DNA of 6,597 nucleotides from a virus: IMG/VR virus record IMGVR_UViG_3300045988_063854, positions 1 to 6,597 of that record; one strand, 5' to 3'. Shown piece by piece: positions 6,102 to 6,597 of this stretch (position 1 is its first letter; each line of letters starts with the position of its first letter). The notes under the pieces were generated by a model. It saw only the letters and a program-made list of their open reading frames with translations, ran no database searches and was not told where the DNA came from. The position numbers and the translations under genes were made by a program.

Positions 6102-6370
6102 GTTGAAGTGACACCATAATACTTCTGAACACTTCAACATGCTTGCCTTTAGTTTAGGCAAGTTCTCAGTGTGCGAGTTTCCGTAGGAGGAAACGACAAC
6201 CCATTTGTAATAACTCTATCCGCTAGGCTTCTATACCTATGAAAAACACTAGCCTTTTTGTTTCTTTTTGGGCAATGCCAAAAAGAAAGCCGTCGGCAGA
6301 CCCCACGGAGTGTAAATGCGCTCGCTTCCGCGCGCTAGGCGGAAGGCAGGTTATAGGGCTGCAAGCCCTA
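6102..6370 (+). other. Array of about seven consecutive stem-loops in non-coding DNA, a candidate complementary-strand origin, packaging signal or structured RNA
   Basis: I read these stems directly: 6102-6110/6130-6138 (9 bp); 6142-6148/6156-6162 (7 bp); 6177-6182/6189-6194 (6 bp); 6222-6226/6249-6253 (5 bp, weak); 6261-6271/6278-6288 (11 bp); 6325-6331/6339-6345 (7 bp); 6354-6360/6364-6370 (7 bp). The only ORF here is a doubtful 49-aa one. Confidence 0.6.
6161..6174 (+). repeat. 14-nt direct repeat, copy 1 (AGTTCTCAGTGTGC)
   Basis: It matches 6387-6400 (AGTTCTCAGAGTGC) at 13 of 14 positions, 226 nt away. The two copies bracket the most structured, GC-rich part of the non-coding region. Confidence 0.85.
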
Positions 6371-6386
6371 ATCGCCAATTATCGTT

Positions 6387-6400
6387 AGTTCTCAGAGTGC
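6387..6400 (+). repeat. 14-nt direct repeat, copy 2 (AGTTCTCAGAGTGC)
   Basis: 13/14 identity to 6161-6174. Its 3' end overlaps the left arm of the dif-like motif at 6397-6424. Confidence 0.85.
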
Positions 6401-6436
6401 AACATAATAGACGTTATAACATTAGAAAATTCTGCG

Positions 6437-6454
6437 TAGCAAATTTATTTGCTA
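6437..6454. promoter_or_regulatory. Near-perfect 18-nt palindrome TAGCAAATTTATTTGCTA (operator-like)
   Basis: 8-bp arms TAGCAAAT and ATTTGCTA are separated by the central TT. It lies 12 nt upstream of the second palindrome and upstream of the putative promoter. Confidence 0.6.
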
Positions 6455-6465
6455 TCTCTAAGTTT

Positions 6466-6483
6466 ACGTTTCACGTGAAACGT
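6466..6483. promoter_or_regulatory. Perfect 18-nt palindrome ACGTTTCACGTGAAACGT centred on CACGTG
   Basis: The sequence is exactly self-complementary. In circular coordinates it ends about 55 nt upstream of the -7 box (6538-6545, equal to 40-47). Confidence 0.65.
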
Positions 6484-6498
6484 TGTAAAAATGTCTTA

Positions 6499-6597
6499 AT
6501 TATTGTTATCATAATACCGGTTATATATTATTTTGTTTATCTTTGCACCGTGATTTTTAAATCGCTTTGTTCTTTGACTTATTGTTACAAAAAAAAT
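6499..6597. repeat. Terminal redundancy copy B (identical to 1-99)
   Basis: Exact 99/99 identity to the window start. It duplicates the promoter region and 5' leader of the first gene and stops one base short of the ATG at 100. Confidence 0.97.

Noticed and set aside
6047-6186. Short + strand ORFs in the non-coding region (6047-6106, 19 aa; 6139-6186, 15 aa)
   Set aside because: They are very short, overlap hairpin stems, have no phage-like codon bias and lie downstream of the operon terminator.
6185-6190. AGGAGG as a ribosome-binding site
   Set aside because: It sits in the loop of the 6177-6194 hairpin. No ATG, GTG or TTG-initiated ORF of meaningful length follows within 5-12 nt. None of the real genes uses an SD sequence.
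5935-6294. 9-nt long-range complementarity between GACGGCTTT (5935-5943, terminator 3' arm) and AAAGCCGTC (6286-6294)
   Set aside because: A single 9-mer complementarity within 6.5 kb is expected by chance, and both partners are already engaged in better local stems.
6060-6400. tRNA, known ribozyme (hammerhead CUGAUGA...GAAA), group II intron domain V, or CRISPR repeat content in the structured region
   Set aside because: I could find no cloverleaf with a T-loop (GTTCRANNC), no hammerhead core, no domain-V-like 34-mer and no regularly spaced identical repeats. Only a covariance-model search could settle this properly.

Overview
This window is one complete circular ssDNA phage genome of the family Microviridae, linearised with a 99-nt assembly overlap. 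Positions 1-99 are identical to 6499-6597, so the true unit length is 6,498 nt. All genes lie on the T-rich + strand in one tightly packed block. In order they are a DUF5675-type putative peptidoglycan peptidase, an unannotated 32-aa membrane micro-ORF, a 580-aa HUH replication initiator (VP4/gpA-like), a 664-aa major capsid protein (VP1/F-like), a 124-aa acidic orphan, and a 393-aa DNA-pilot/minor capsid protein (VP2/H-like). Three things point to an Alpavirinae-like microvirus of a Bacteroidota host: the large Rep and capsid proteins, the absence of Shine-Dalgarno sequences, and a Bacteroidetes-type -7 box (TAnnTTTG). That host and subfamily assignment is inference only. Four parts deserve a second look. 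(a) The peptidase plus micro-TM pair is a possible two-component lysis cassette. (b) A ~710-nt non-coding region, about 11% of the genome, contains a terminator, an AT-rich repeat hairpin, about seven consecutive stem-loops, a roughly 65% GC island bracketed by 14-nt direct repeats, a weak dif-like site and two palindromes. (c) A 10-nt identity to the nick-site core of the phiX174 origin lies inside rep at about the same relative position as in phiX174 gene A. (d) A 49-aa basic ORF is buried in the GC island. No tRNA, rRNA, CRISPR array, integrase or transposase is visible.
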